A program made the position numbers and the translations under genes. Positions 37,469 through 47,138 of a stretch of 64,000 nt of DNA are shown in pieces. The notes below the pieces were generated by a model. That model made no database searches. It was not told the origin of the DNA and saw only the letters and a program-made list of their open reading frames with translations. The stretch covers positions 1,056,001 through 1,120,000 of the forward strand of contig CAVRAL010000004.1 in the NCBI GenBank assembly GCA_963719085.1, given 5' to 3'. This DNA comes from a candidate division FCPU426 bacterium (GTDB taxonomy: Bacteria > Oederibacteriota > Muellerivitia > Muellerivitales > Muellerivitaceae). Positions within the stretch are counted from its first letter, which is position 1; each line of letters begins with the position of its first letter.

Positions 37469-40400
37469 ATGAAGACCAACACGCTGAAGCCCGTTCAAAC
37501 CGGGGACATCATTGAAGTGGAAATCCAATCGCTCGCCTTCGGCGGGGATTCGGTGAGCCGTTATGAAGGCTTCGCTCTTTTCGTGCGCGGCGGTTTGCCC
37601 GGCGAGCGGGTGAAGATCAAAATCACCCAGGTGAAGGACCATTACGCCACGGGTGAGATCGTGGAGATCCAGCGTTTTTCCCCCGACCGCGTGGCCCCGC
37701 CTTGTCCCATTTTCGAGGAGTGCGGCGGCTGTCAGTGGCAGCACCTTAATTATCCCAAACAGCTCCAGACCAAGCGCCAATTCGTGGTCGACGCTTTACA
37801 GCGCATCGCCAAGATGGACTCCGTCTTGGTCCAACCCTGCCTGCCTTCGGAATCTTCCTACGCCTACCGAAACAAGGCCATGCCGGTTTTATCCATGCGG
37901 GACGGCCATTTCATCTCGGGCATTTACGAACCCCGCTCCCACAAACTGGTGCCTTACCAGAATTGCCCCATCCAAGGCGACGCGATCAATGACCTCATCC
38001 AAAAGGCGCTCAAAAAAATAGACCTGGCGGGTTTAACGCCTTACCAGGAAAAAAAGCATTATGGGTTTTTGAGGCATTTGGCCGTGCGCCAGGGCGTGGG
38101 GACGGGCGAGCTTTTGCTGGCCTTCGTGACCCGCACCCAAATGCCGGAAGAGCGCCTGCATAAAACGACTTTGCTTCCGGAACCCTTGGCTGAAATTTTG
38201 CCCCGGGTAGCCAAAGAGCTGATGGAGGAGATCCCGGGTTTGGTGGGGGTTTTGCAAAACATCAATCCTTCCCGCACCAACATTGTTTTTGGATCCTCGA
38301 CGGAAGTTTTGGCGGGCCGGGATTATTACTTTGAGAAATTCGACGGGCTGACCCTGAAGGTTTCCCTGAAATCCTTCCTGCAGGTCAACACGCCGCAGGC
38401 TCAGGTGCTGCATACCATCGTGCGGGAGGCGCTCGGGGAGCCCGAGGGCCGTAAAAAATGGGGAACGGTTCTTGATCTTTATTCCGGCATCGGCACCCTG
38501 GCCATGGCCGTGGCGGATCGGGCCGATTATGTGGTCGGAGCCGAGGAAGTCGCCCCGGCGGTCGAGGACGCCCGTCAAAACGCCGAATTGAACCGCAAAA
38601 CAAACATCGATTATCTGGAAGGGGATGTGGCGGACCTTCTTTTGAAATTGAAGGCCCAAGGTCTCTCGCAAATTGACGCGGCCATCATGGACCCCCCGCG
38701 AAAAGGGGTTTTGCCTGAAGTGTTATCCCGCTTGACGGCGTTGAAGCCTGAACGCCTGGTTTATGTTTCCTGCGACCCCACGACTTTGGCCCGGGACTTG
38801 GCGCTTTTAATGAAGCACGGCTACAGTGTGGATTGGGCCCAGCCCCTGGATATGTTTCCCCAAACCTATCACGTGGAAACCGTCGTCCGGCTGACCCGGG
38901 AAAAACCTTTGTCGCCCGAGGAAGCCGCGCCGGCCAAACCGGAGCTGGAGCCTTTCCGCCTTCCCAAGATGGCCCGGGTCAGCTTGAACATATCGGCTTT
39001 GGGTCAAAAGATTCAGTTTGGGGTCGCCGCGGCGCAAACCGCCCTTTCGGGCCTGTTCCAAAAGAAGGATTCCATTCACTGGCCTTTAGCGGATCCGGCG
39101 AAGCTTGTGGTTGAAAAAGAGGCGCTTGAGACGGTTTCGGTGGAAGCGGCGAACGAAGAGCTGACGTTGGAATCCAGCCTGGAAGTTTCCGAGAAAGACG
39201 CCTTGGCCGAGCCGCTGCCCTCCCAGGCGCGGCCGGAGCGCCAGTTCCCGAATCAATGGATCGCCCTGCTTCGGCAAGGGACCCGGAATTTCCCCTGGAG
39301 TCCCCGGACGATCGGCATCGCTTTGCTTCTTTTATTCATCCTCGCCGGAGGCAGCTACTTCGCGGTGGCGGATTTGGCGCCCCTAATCGCCCGGTCCCCC
39401 TTCCAAGTGGCGACTACGCCGCAATTTATCCCCGATACCATCGCCATCATGCCCACGCGGAATTTTTTGAGGTATGAAATGGTGCCTTTTGAGGTGCGCA
39501 TCCATCCGGAGGACATGCCGCATTTTTCGGCCATGCACGCCGTGGTGGAGGTTTTTCATGACGGACAACCCGTGGCTATGGTGGATGGAAAAACGAAACT
39601 GTACCTAAAAAAAGACCCGGCGAACGCCCGTTTCATCGGCAATTGGCCCATTCCTTATAATCCCGAACCCGGCACCTACACCGCCCAAATCGCCTTGACC
39701 GGACCCCAGTGGCCCGACCCCAAAGGTTTCGAGTCCGCCTTTACCATTTCGCCTTTGAAGCCCTCGGGACTTTATCCGGGATACTCCGCGCTCACGATGG
39801 AAGGCGGCAAGCATCTATTCAACGGGGTGGTTCCGCCCGTGGATGGAAAGGGCCCGGATAGCCTGGCCAACGCGATGGGGTGGGTTAAATTCATGGGCGC
39901 TAACACCTATTGTTTTCTCGCCGGGCAGACCTCGGTTTGGGATAAGTTGAACCTGAAAGATTTTCCCTTTAACCGCGGAGACGTGGAGCTGGCCCATCGT
40001 TACGGCGCGGCGGCCCATGACGCGGGATTGAAGTTCGCGGCTTACATGACCACCTTCCGGGTGGTGGGCGATGGATGGCAGCAGGCCCAAGGCCATTATC
40101 AGTTCACCATGGGCTATGACGCGGATTCGGACCAAGTAGTCCCCACCGATTTTATTTCGCTTGAGGATCCCAACCGGCGGCAGGACATCGTGGGCTTATT
40201 GAAGGAGCTGGATAAAGACCCGAACATCGACATGATTGGCCTGGATTATGTCCGCACCGGAACGGGCGGCTATGAAATGGTCGATGAGTTCGTGCGCGAT
40301 TTGAACGTGCCGGGCCCGGCGGATTATTGGTCCATGTCCAAGGATGAGCGCATCCATTGGCTGGCCCGAACGGTGGCGCTCAAAGAAAACAAGGATGTGG

Positions 40401-41302
40401 TGGCGCTTTTTGAGTGGTGGCGCGCGCACAAGGTGGCGATGACCTTGAAGGCGCTGCTCGATCAAGCCAAGCTCAGCAAACCCGTTTTCACTTTCACCTT
40501 GGGCTGGGACATGGGACATGAGCATGGGCAAGATCCGGCCATGTTTGAGGACGCCGGAGTTAATTTTAACCACATCATGCTTTATCAAAGCGACCGAAAA
40601 ACGATTGAGCAAATGAACCTGCAATGGCCGGCTTATATTTCCCGCAGCAACGGCATGTACGCGCTGGGCGAGATGGTGGATGAGAATTGGGTTCAGGACT
40701 CCATCAACCCTCCGGGCCCGGAAGAGCTTTATAACCGGGAAGCGGAAACCTTCCAGAGCTGGCAGCCCGTCAACGCCGGGATCGGCATGTTTTGGCACGA
40801 CCTCTACCGTTTGATTTACGGCCAGAAGGGTCCCTATAGCGCCATGGAATGGGCGGTGGCCGGCGGCAAGGCGTTCTCCTTATTACAGCGAACCGAAGGC
40901 GTTTTGCCTTTGGAAATAGAGCTGACGATCCCGAAAGAAGCCCCGGCGGGGGTTCCGATTCCCATCAGCGTGATGATTCACAACTCATCCATTAACCCGA
41001 TGACCGGCATCGTGCTGCACCAGGTGGATACCTCCAAAGAATATTTCACCGACTTGGCCACCGTGGGCCCCTTTGACATTCCGGCGGGGGACATGGTCCG
41101 GGTCAAGGACCTTTATGTAACCCTTCCCAAAGAACCCCACCCGGAAAGGGACGACCGTTACATGGCGGCGGTGCTCGCGGAAAAACCCGGACAATCCTTA
41201 AGGGCCTTTGATTTCGCCTATGTGAAGGCTTTGCCGCCGGGGACGGCGATCAAGGCTACTGACATGCCAAAACCCGACGATGTCAAATCGGCGAACGAAT
41301 AA
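37469..41302 (+). CDS. rlmD: 23S rRNA m5U methyltransferase RlmD fused to a TM helix and a glycoside-hydrolase-like ectodomain
   Basis: TRAM domain, CPIFEECGGCQWQH Fe-S motif, SFLQVN, LDLYSGIG, DPPRKG, YVSCDP, DMFPQTYHVE. Then a TM at ~39308-39370 and IDMIGLDYVR in the C-terminal part. Confidence 0.88.
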   Translation: MKTNTLKPVQTGDIIEVEIQSLAFGGDSVSRYEGFALFVRGGLPGERVKIKITQVKDHYATGEIVEIQRFSPDRVAPPCPIFEECGGCQWQHLNYPKQLQTKRQFVVDALQRIAKMDSVLVQPCLPSESSYAYRNKAMPVLSMRDGHFISGIYEPRSHKLVPYQNCPIQGDAINDLIQKALKKIDLAGLTPYQEKKHYGFLRHLAVRQGVGTGELLLAFVTRTQMPEERLHKTTLLPEPLAEILPRVAKELMEEIPGLVGVLQNINPSRTNIVFGSSTEVLAGRDYYFEKFDGLTLKVSLKSFLQVNTPQAQVLHTIVREALGEPEGRKKWGTVLDLYSGIGTLAMAVADRADYVVGAEEVAPAVEDARQNAELNRKTNIDYLEGDVADLLLKLKAQGLSQIDAAIMDPPRKGVLPEVLSRLTALKPERLVYVSCDPTTLARDLALLMKHGYSVDWAQPLDMFPQTYHVETVVRLTREKPLSPEEAAPAKPELEPFRLPKMARVSLNISALGQKIQFGVAAAQTALSGLFQKKDSIHWPLADPAKLVVEKEALETVSVEAANEELTLESSLEVSEKDALAEPLPSQARPERQFPNQWIALLRQGTRNFPWSPRTIGIALLLLFILAGGSYFAVADLAPLIARSPFQVATTPQFIPDTIAIMPTRNFLRYEMVPFEVRIHPEDMPHFSAMHAVVEVFHDGQPVAMVDGKTKLYLKKDPANARFIGNWPIPYNPEPGTYTAQIALTGPQWPDPKGFESAFTISPLKPSGLYPGYSALTMEGGKHLFNGVVPPVDGKGPDSLANAMGWVKFMGANTYCFLAGQTSVWDKLNLKDFPFNRGDVELAHRYGAAAHDAGLKFAAYMTTFRVVGDGWQQAQGHYQFTMGYDADSDQVVPTDFISLEDPNRRQDIVGLLKELDKDPNIDMIGLDYVRTGTGGYEMVDEFVRDLNVPGPADYWSMSKDERIHWLARTVALKENKDVVALFEWWRAHKVAMTLKALLDQAKLSKPVFTFTLGWDMGHEHGQDPAMFEDAGVNFNHIMLYQSDRKTIEQMNLQWPAYISRSNGMYALGEMVDENWVQDSINPPGPEELYNREAETFQSWQPVNAGIGMFWHDLYRLIYGQKGPYSAMEWAVAGGKAFSLLQRTEGVLPLEIELTIPKEAPAGVPIPISVMIHNSSINPMTGIVLHQVDTSKEYFTDLATVGPFDIPAGDMVRVKDLYVTLPKEPHPERDDRYMAAVLAEKPGQSLRAFDFAYVKALPPGTAIKATDMPKPDDVKSANE

Positions 41303-41465
41303 AACCATTCCTTTAGTTTATTGTGAAAATAAAAAGAGAAGGCCGTTTCGGACGCTTTTGACCGCCCGGCAGAGGCCCTTAAAACTGTTTTTTTAGCACC
41401 CCGGCAACCGTTTTTAGTACAATGACCGGCGCTTTGTCTCATGAATTCCTCATTGAGGGGTGGGT

Positions 41466-42233
41466 ATGGCCTCGTCCAAGTGGTTCTTGATCCTCGTGGG
41501 GACCCTGGGGATTTCTTTTTTAACCGGTTGCGGGGCGATTTTCATCAACGAAGGTTCCAAAGAATATTCCCGAACCGATAACCTTCAAAACCCCGACGAG
41601 AACAAACCCAAGGTCGTTGTGCCGGCCGAGCAGTGCCGGATCAGCGATTTCCAAGATTCCAGCACCGATGTTAACTCCAAGCTTTTTGGCGCCAGCGGCG
41701 GCACTTGGATCGCTTTTTCTTTCGGCGGCAACACGGTGAACAGCCCCTTTTTGGTGCCGGGCGGGGCGAATGGCGACAAGATGGCGGCGCATATCTATGG
41801 AACCTTAACGGACAAGGGAGACGCCTCTTATCCCTCTTTCACGCTTTCGTGCCAATTCACCCAAAGCGGTTTATATGACGCGTCCAACTTTACCGGGATC
41901 AAGTTCTACTATAAATGCCCGTCGAAGGACCAATCGTTGAAACGCCGGTTGGCCTTGGGGACGTCCCCCACCTTGCCGGCCTCCGCGGGCGGCAATTGCG
42001 CGGCGAATTGTTTTGACCATTTTGGAACCACGCTTCATTCTTCCGAGGATTGGGCGGTTTACAACTTGAAGTTCACCGATTTGACCCGGGAAGGCTGGGG
42101 CGCGCCGGTCACGCCGCCGGATTTGATTGATCATTTGAAAGAATTCATCAATTTATCATGGAACAACAGCGCCAATAACACGGCGGGAAGTTATCCGATT
42201 GACTTCTGGGTGGATGACGTCGAGTTTTTCTAA
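41466..42233 (+). CDS. Lipoprotein with a CIA30/CBM11-like domain (paralog 1)
   Basis: Lipobox FLTG-C; YDASNFTGIKFY, GGNCAANCFDHFG, C-terminal DFWVDDVEFF. Confidence 0.75.
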   Translation: MASSKWFLILVGTLGISFLTGCGAIFINEGSKEYSRTDNLQNPDENKPKVVVPAEQCRISDFQDSSTDVNSKLFGASGGTWIAFSFGGNTVNSPFLVPGGANGDKMAAHIYGTLTDKGDASYPSFTLSCQFTQSGLYDASNFTGIKFYYKCPSKDQSLKRRLALGTSPTLPASAGGNCAANCFDHFGTTLHSSEDWAVYNLKFTDLTREGWGAPVTPPDLIDHLKEFINLSWNNSANNTAGSYPIDFWVDDVEFF

Positions 42234-42285
42234 AAAGTTTCGAACCGTTTAAACGACGGGACTAATTGTCAAACGAGAGGTTTTT

Positions 42286-44826
42286 TTGACTTTTCGCTTT
42301 CAAAACCTATTGACGGCCTTTTTCGTCCTTGTTTTTGGGGGGGCGATCGTTTCCGGGGCCTTCGCCGATCCTTTCGCCGATGTCACGGCGGATCAAAGTC
42401 TTTACCAACGGGTAAAAAAGTTGGGGGACGATGGTTTGCTGGATGCTCAAGACCGGGCGGTGTTGGATCAAGGCAAGGTCGTGAGCCGGCTGGAACTGGC
42501 TTTCTATACGGAAAAGGCCAAGGCCCGCATTGAAGCGCCTGAGCTGGCCCAGCCGGCGATCGCCACACCCACGCCGCAAGCCTTGCCGTCTCCCGTGATT
42601 TTGGCGCCCACGGCCGTGCCGACCGCCGCTCCGCCTTCCATTTATCCGTCGGCGGACAAGCAAGAAATTGAGGAACTGCTGAAAGAATTCCGCACCGAAT
42701 CCGTGCTTCTCAAGAGCCGTTTGAGCCTGGATGACACGCGCATCAAGGAACAAGAGGATGAATTGGACAAGCTCAAGACGGTCCAAGACGAAGTGGACGA
42801 GATTTGGAAGAAAGCCAATAAGTCCTCGGGAATCCCCAACCTTTACACCAACATCAATATGCGGGTGGAAAATATCAGCCTGTCGGGCCCGCTGACCCAG
42901 GAAAACGCCACCCGAATCCTTCAAGAAATTTACGTCGGAACCTACTCCGACCTGGGGGGCAAGGGCACCCTTTCGGCCGGCTTGGGAGCGCTGATTCCGG
43001 TGGATGGCGCCAACGCCTCTTACCAGCTTTTGGGCGTGGGAACGCAGCCGGTCTCGCTTTATATCGGGAATCCCAGCGTCACTTTCTTTAACTACGGGGA
43101 CCTGGGCCGGTGGGACACCACCTTCGCCGTGGAAACCTACCAGCCCGACACCAGCTTCGGGGCTTTCAGCCGCGGCTACGCCAATTACGCCATCAAGCGG
43201 TTTGAGGATCCTTTCGACATTAAAAATTTCAATGACGATAAAGACGCCAAAAACTGGGACGATTACATGAATCAGGTCAGCTATATCCCGGCCTATTCCA
43301 TGTCCGCGGGGAACGTGCAATCGGCGAACGACCGCGTGTTTGACGGCATGTACCTGGCGGGGAAGCAGGTTCCGTGGCTGGGTCCGGACGGGCGCATGTG
43401 GGTATTGGTGGGCCGCATGGGGACCAGCCCTTCCCAAACCCAACGCTGGGAAGAGGGCGCCAAAATCATGGAGCCTTGGGCGAATAATTTAGTCACGACC
43501 TCCATTTCCACCGAATGGGTGAACGATAACTTCGGCGTGAACCAAGCGCCCCAGCTGGATATGAAGGATTACGAGTTGGAGTTGAAACTCAACACGCCCG
43601 TGGCCGTTGATGTGGACGCCGGATTCTCCCATTTTTCCACTGGAGTGGACATCCTCAACCCGGCGGTCACGGCCGCCAATCCGGAAGCTTTGGAAGCCGG
43701 CGCGGGGCAGGCTTCGGTGGCTTATTATCCCTTCACGCTTTACGGCTTCGCGATCAGCGATGAATACGCCGACTTCCAAAGTAAGGTCACCATGAGCGGC
43801 CTTAACTTCGCCCGCTACGGCCTTTATTTCAGCCCCTCGGACTACAACGACGCCTATGGTTCCATCGGGGAGGTGGACAATCTTCAAAGCGACCGTTACG
43901 GCTGGCGCCTCAATGTGGGATGGGACGGCCGCAAACAGGATTGGATGAAGGAATGGCCCTCCTTTTTGGATACTTTCGTCGTCAATTTCGACGTGTCGCA
44001 GAAGACCGAATTCACCTCCGAGGTCAACAACGAAGGCGTGACCTCGGGTTACAACGAGATCGAGCCGACCCAAATGTTGAGCTTTTATTATCCCGACGAC
44101 GAAGGGCTTTGGGGCTTGAACCTCTGGGGCAATTATTCCCCCAACGTGAATCCGGTCCGTCAGGACTACATCAATAATATCGAGGACATCCGAAACGACG
44201 GGGACGTGTTGAATGATGATGTGCGCTATCAGTTCCGGATGACCAATGAGAGACTGCCTCTCATCATCCCGATTTATTCAGGCCCCGGAACCATCTTGAC
44301 CGACGGCAATGGCCATAATGTTTACTACAACATCACCAATATCAAAACCTACAACTACATCACCTTGACGACCAAACTGAAGTTCGACAAATGGTTCAAC
44401 CTGCCTCGGCCCCTGGATGGTTCTTTTTACATGACCGACAACGTGGTTTCGGGTTTGGCGTCCCAGGCCAATAACGCGCCGCTTCCTGCCGGCGCGGACC
44501 CCGCCTCGAATACCGAACTTCCCATGTCGGGCGCGATCCCGAACTTGTTTGAGCAGCGGGTCTTCAGCGGCGCCTTGATGGTCAGCCTAATGGACGACGT
44601 GGACTTGATGGCCGATATGGGATTGGAAACCTGGCGCAGCGCCTATACCTACCCCCAGGTGGACTACCAAACCCATGAGTACGGGCTGGGTGTCGCTTAT
44701 GACATCCCTTGGTGCGGGGGGAAAATGGAATTGCGTTATAAGCATATCGATTTCAATGATAAGTACGTCCCGGATAATGATTATTCGGGTGATCAGTTCT
44801 TTACCAAAATTAAGTTCATGTTTTGA
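42286..44826 (+). CDS. SLH-like + coiled-coil + beta-barrel outer-membrane protein (OmpM/SomA-like), paralog A
   Basis: Signal peptide; PFADV...LYQRVKKL..DG...SRLELA; Pro-rich linker; EELLKEFRTE coil; C-terminal beta-signal FTKIKFMF. Confidence 0.72.
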   Translation: MTFRFQNLLTAFFVLVFGGAIVSGAFADPFADVTADQSLYQRVKKLGDDGLLDAQDRAVLDQGKVVSRLELAFYTEKAKARIEAPELAQPAIATPTPQALPSPVILAPTAVPTAAPPSIYPSADKQEIEELLKEFRTESVLLKSRLSLDDTRIKEQEDELDKLKTVQDEVDEIWKKANKSSGIPNLYTNINMRVENISLSGPLTQENATRILQEIYVGTYSDLGGKGTLSAGLGALIPVDGANASYQLLGVGTQPVSLYIGNPSVTFFNYGDLGRWDTTFAVETYQPDTSFGAFSRGYANYAIKRFEDPFDIKNFNDDKDAKNWDDYMNQVSYIPAYSMSAGNVQSANDRVFDGMYLAGKQVPWLGPDGRMWVLVGRMGTSPSQTQRWEEGAKIMEPWANNLVTTSISTEWVNDNFGVNQAPQLDMKDYELELKLNTPVAVDVDAGFSHFSTGVDILNPAVTAANPEALEAGAGQASVAYYPFTLYGFAISDEYADFQSKVTMSGLNFARYGLYFSPSDYNDAYGSIGEVDNLQSDRYGWRLNVGWDGRKQDWMKEWPSFLDTFVVNFDVSQKTEFTSEVNNEGVTSGYNEIEPTQMLSFYYPDDEGLWGLNLWGNYSPNVNPVRQDYINNIEDIRNDGDVLNDDVRYQFRMTNERLPLIIPIYSGPGTILTDGNGHNVYYNITNIKTYNYITLTTKLKFDKWFNLPRPLDGSFYMTDNVVSGLASQANNAPLPAGADPASNTELPMSGAIPNLFEQRVFSGALMVSLMDDVDLMADMGLETWRSAYTYPQVDYQTHEYGLGVAYDIPWCGGKMELRYKHIDFNDKYVPDNDYSGDQFFTKIKFMF

Positions 44827-44834
44827 GGATTGGG

Positions 44835-47138
44835 ATGAAATTAACGGCTTCTCAAAATTTTAAAGGCTTTGGAACGGTTCTAAGCTTCGCGCTGGGCGTC
44901 CTCAGCTTCGTCCTCGGCTGCGCCTCGCCGGCGTGGGCGGACCATGGCAAGCTCGCGTCCGCGGACCGGGACGCTTGGATCAATTGGGATGTTTCCGAAC
45001 TGGTCGCGGCGGGCCTCGTTCCCGCCCCGGAAAAACCCGTGGAGCAAATGACGAATTTAGAAGTGGCGGAGCTCACCGCCAGCGCCTCCCGGCTTTATAT
45101 GGCCCAGGCGGACGTGAATATGCTTCCCCCGCCGCTTCCGACGGATTCCCCCGCCGCTTCCGACGGTCCGGGCCTTCCCGGAGCGTTGTCGGCCGAAGGG
45201 CCGGGGGACGCCAATAAAAGCTTGGGTGACTTGGTGCAGGAGTTCCGAGGGGAACTGAGCGCCATGGGCCTGGAAGTCGACCAACTGGAAGACCGGATCA
45301 CGGATGAAAAAACCCGCAATGAGGTATTCGCCACCCTCCAAGAGGATTATTTAAAAAGAACCGGCACCGAGGTCGGAGGGTCTTCCCGCGGCTACATGTA
45401 TAACTACCGGGGGTTCGGGGCCAACAGCCTTTATGGGCCCATGGGCTATAACGCCGCCATGTATTTGGAAGTGGATTTGAAAAGCGTGCCCATTCCCTCC
45501 ATCTTGTTCGACGCGCGCTTAAGGCTTTGGCGTTCCATTGGGATGTATTACCAGGATCCCGTCCAACCGCCTTACCAACTGCGCTGGATTTCTTTGACCA
45601 GTTACAACGACTTCGGTAATTTCACCGCGGGTGATTTTTTTAAGAGCTACACGCCCTTAACCCTTTGGAGCTATGACGTGCCGCTTTATACCATGATCGA
45701 GCCGACCTCTTTCCACCGCGACCGGGTGGACACCGAGGAGTTGGTTTATATGGATCAGAGTCCCGATTGGCATTTCCGGGGTTTTGAGGCGGAGACGGGC
45801 AAGGAATGGCCGAAAGATCCCGTGTTGAGTGGATTTAAATATCAGGTCATGTCGGGTCTCATGCAGGAACCCGGATCAACCAGCGGCGGATCGGTTTTTG
45901 GAAGCTATTACCTGGGCAGCCAAGGGTCACTGGGTCTTTTCAACCACATCCTCGATTTTACCAGCACGGGGTTGGTTTTATTTAATGATCCCGAAAGCGC
46001 CAATGTGCCTTATCAGCCCAATCAACCCTCCACTTTTCCCAAGCAATACGTGATCGGCAGCGTGACCTCCAAGACCACGATTCCTTTGGGGGACAAGGCG
46101 GACTTGAGCGCTTCCATGGAAAACGCCTTCAGCCAATATGACGATGACTTGAACAATCCCCAGCGGGTGTTCAAGGACTGGGCTTTATTGGCCAATGGTT
46201 CGCTCGATGTAGAGGGCGTCCATTTTACGGCGAAGTATATGAACAACGGCCCTTATTTTTATTCGCCCGGCGCCCAGACGAACAAATACACGCCCGCCTC
46301 GGGCTCGCCGGGATATTTAAGCTCCAATTTGGGAAGCGAATTCAGCGGTTTGGACAGCGGCCTTCCGGGTTACTTGAACCAGTTCGTCTTCCAGAACGTG
46401 AACCGGCCCTTCTTCGCGCCTTACGACCGTTTATCCGAAAACTTTTTGCCCTATGGCGATGCCTCCCCGAACCGGGAAGGCCTGGTGCTGGGTTTCTCGG
46501 CTGAGATCGGGGAGAAGGGCTGGCTCAAGCCCCAAGCTTCCTATGTGGTGACCGGGCAAGAAATTCAACCCAACCTGGTTTTGAACGGGGCGGGGACCGC
46601 GGCCATCCCGGTGGACAGCCAAACCAACACCACCACGCCCCGGGTTTTCGGGGGATACGAAGGCGCCCTATCGATGGATCTGGCCAAGGCTTTTGATCTG
46701 AACAATCAAACTTACGATGTCCAAGTGGACTATAAACACCAAACCGATGACTTGGGGCTTGGCGGGGTCAGTCCCTTTACCGTGAACACGCTTATTTTGG
46801 CGGGCGACTTTAATATTCCGGTCCACTTCCTGTCGACGGTGGTTTGGTCGCTGGCCTTTGAGCGCGCCCAAGCCAGCGGCAGTGAGTACGTTTTCGGGGG
46901 GAATCCCGAGACCTGGGCGAGTTATTCGTTCTATTTAGATGATTCGGAGCTCGGCCAGTATATTTATGAGCCCCTGAATCTGACCCGTCAAACCCTGGCT
47001 TTTGGCGCGATGCTGCCCCTGGGGGACAAGATCGATTTCAGGGCGGACCTATTTTTAACCCGTTACAACTGGGCGGATATCCCGACCTATGACCGGCAGG
47101 ATCAAATTTGGAGATTCACTTATGAAGCGCATTTCTAA
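44835..47138 (+). CDS. SLH-like + coiled-coil + beta-barrel outer-membrane protein, paralog B
   Basis: W..VSELVAAGLV...MTNLEVA; LVQEFRGELSAMGLEVDQLEDRI; ends WRFTYEAHF. Confidence 0.72.
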   Translation: MKLTASQNFKGFGTVLSFALGVLSFVLGCASPAWADHGKLASADRDAWINWDVSELVAAGLVPAPEKPVEQMTNLEVAELTASASRLYMAQADVNMLPPPLPTDSPAASDGPGLPGALSAEGPGDANKSLGDLVQEFRGELSAMGLEVDQLEDRITDEKTRNEVFATLQEDYLKRTGTEVGGSSRGYMYNYRGFGANSLYGPMGYNAAMYLEVDLKSVPIPSILFDARLRLWRSIGMYYQDPVQPPYQLRWISLTSYNDFGNFTAGDFFKSYTPLTLWSYDVPLYTMIEPTSFHRDRVDTEELVYMDQSPDWHFRGFEAETGKEWPKDPVLSGFKYQVMSGLMQEPGSTSGGSVFGSYYLGSQGSLGLFNHILDFTSTGLVLFNDPESANVPYQPNQPSTFPKQYVIGSVTSKTTIPLGDKADLSASMENAFSQYDDDLNNPQRVFKDWALLANGSLDVEGVHFTAKYMNNGPYFYSPGAQTNKYTPASGSPGYLSSNLGSEFSGLDSGLPGYLNQFVFQNVNRPFFAPYDRLSENFLPYGDASPNREGLVLGFSAEIGEKGWLKPQASYVVTGQEIQPNLVLNGAGTAAIPVDSQTNTTTPRVFGGYEGALSMDLAKAFDLNNQTYDVQVDYKHQTDDLGLGGVSPFTVNTLILAGDFNIPVHFLSTVVWSLAFERAQASGSEYVFGGNPETWASYSFYLDDSELGQYIYEPLNLTRQTLAFGAMLPLGDKIDFRADLFLTRYNWADIPTYDRQDQIWRFTYEAHF

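Noticed and set aside
41393..41420. TTAGCAC as a CIRCE element
   Set aside because: Half-site only, no GAGTGCTAA at N9, and not next to a heat-shock gene.
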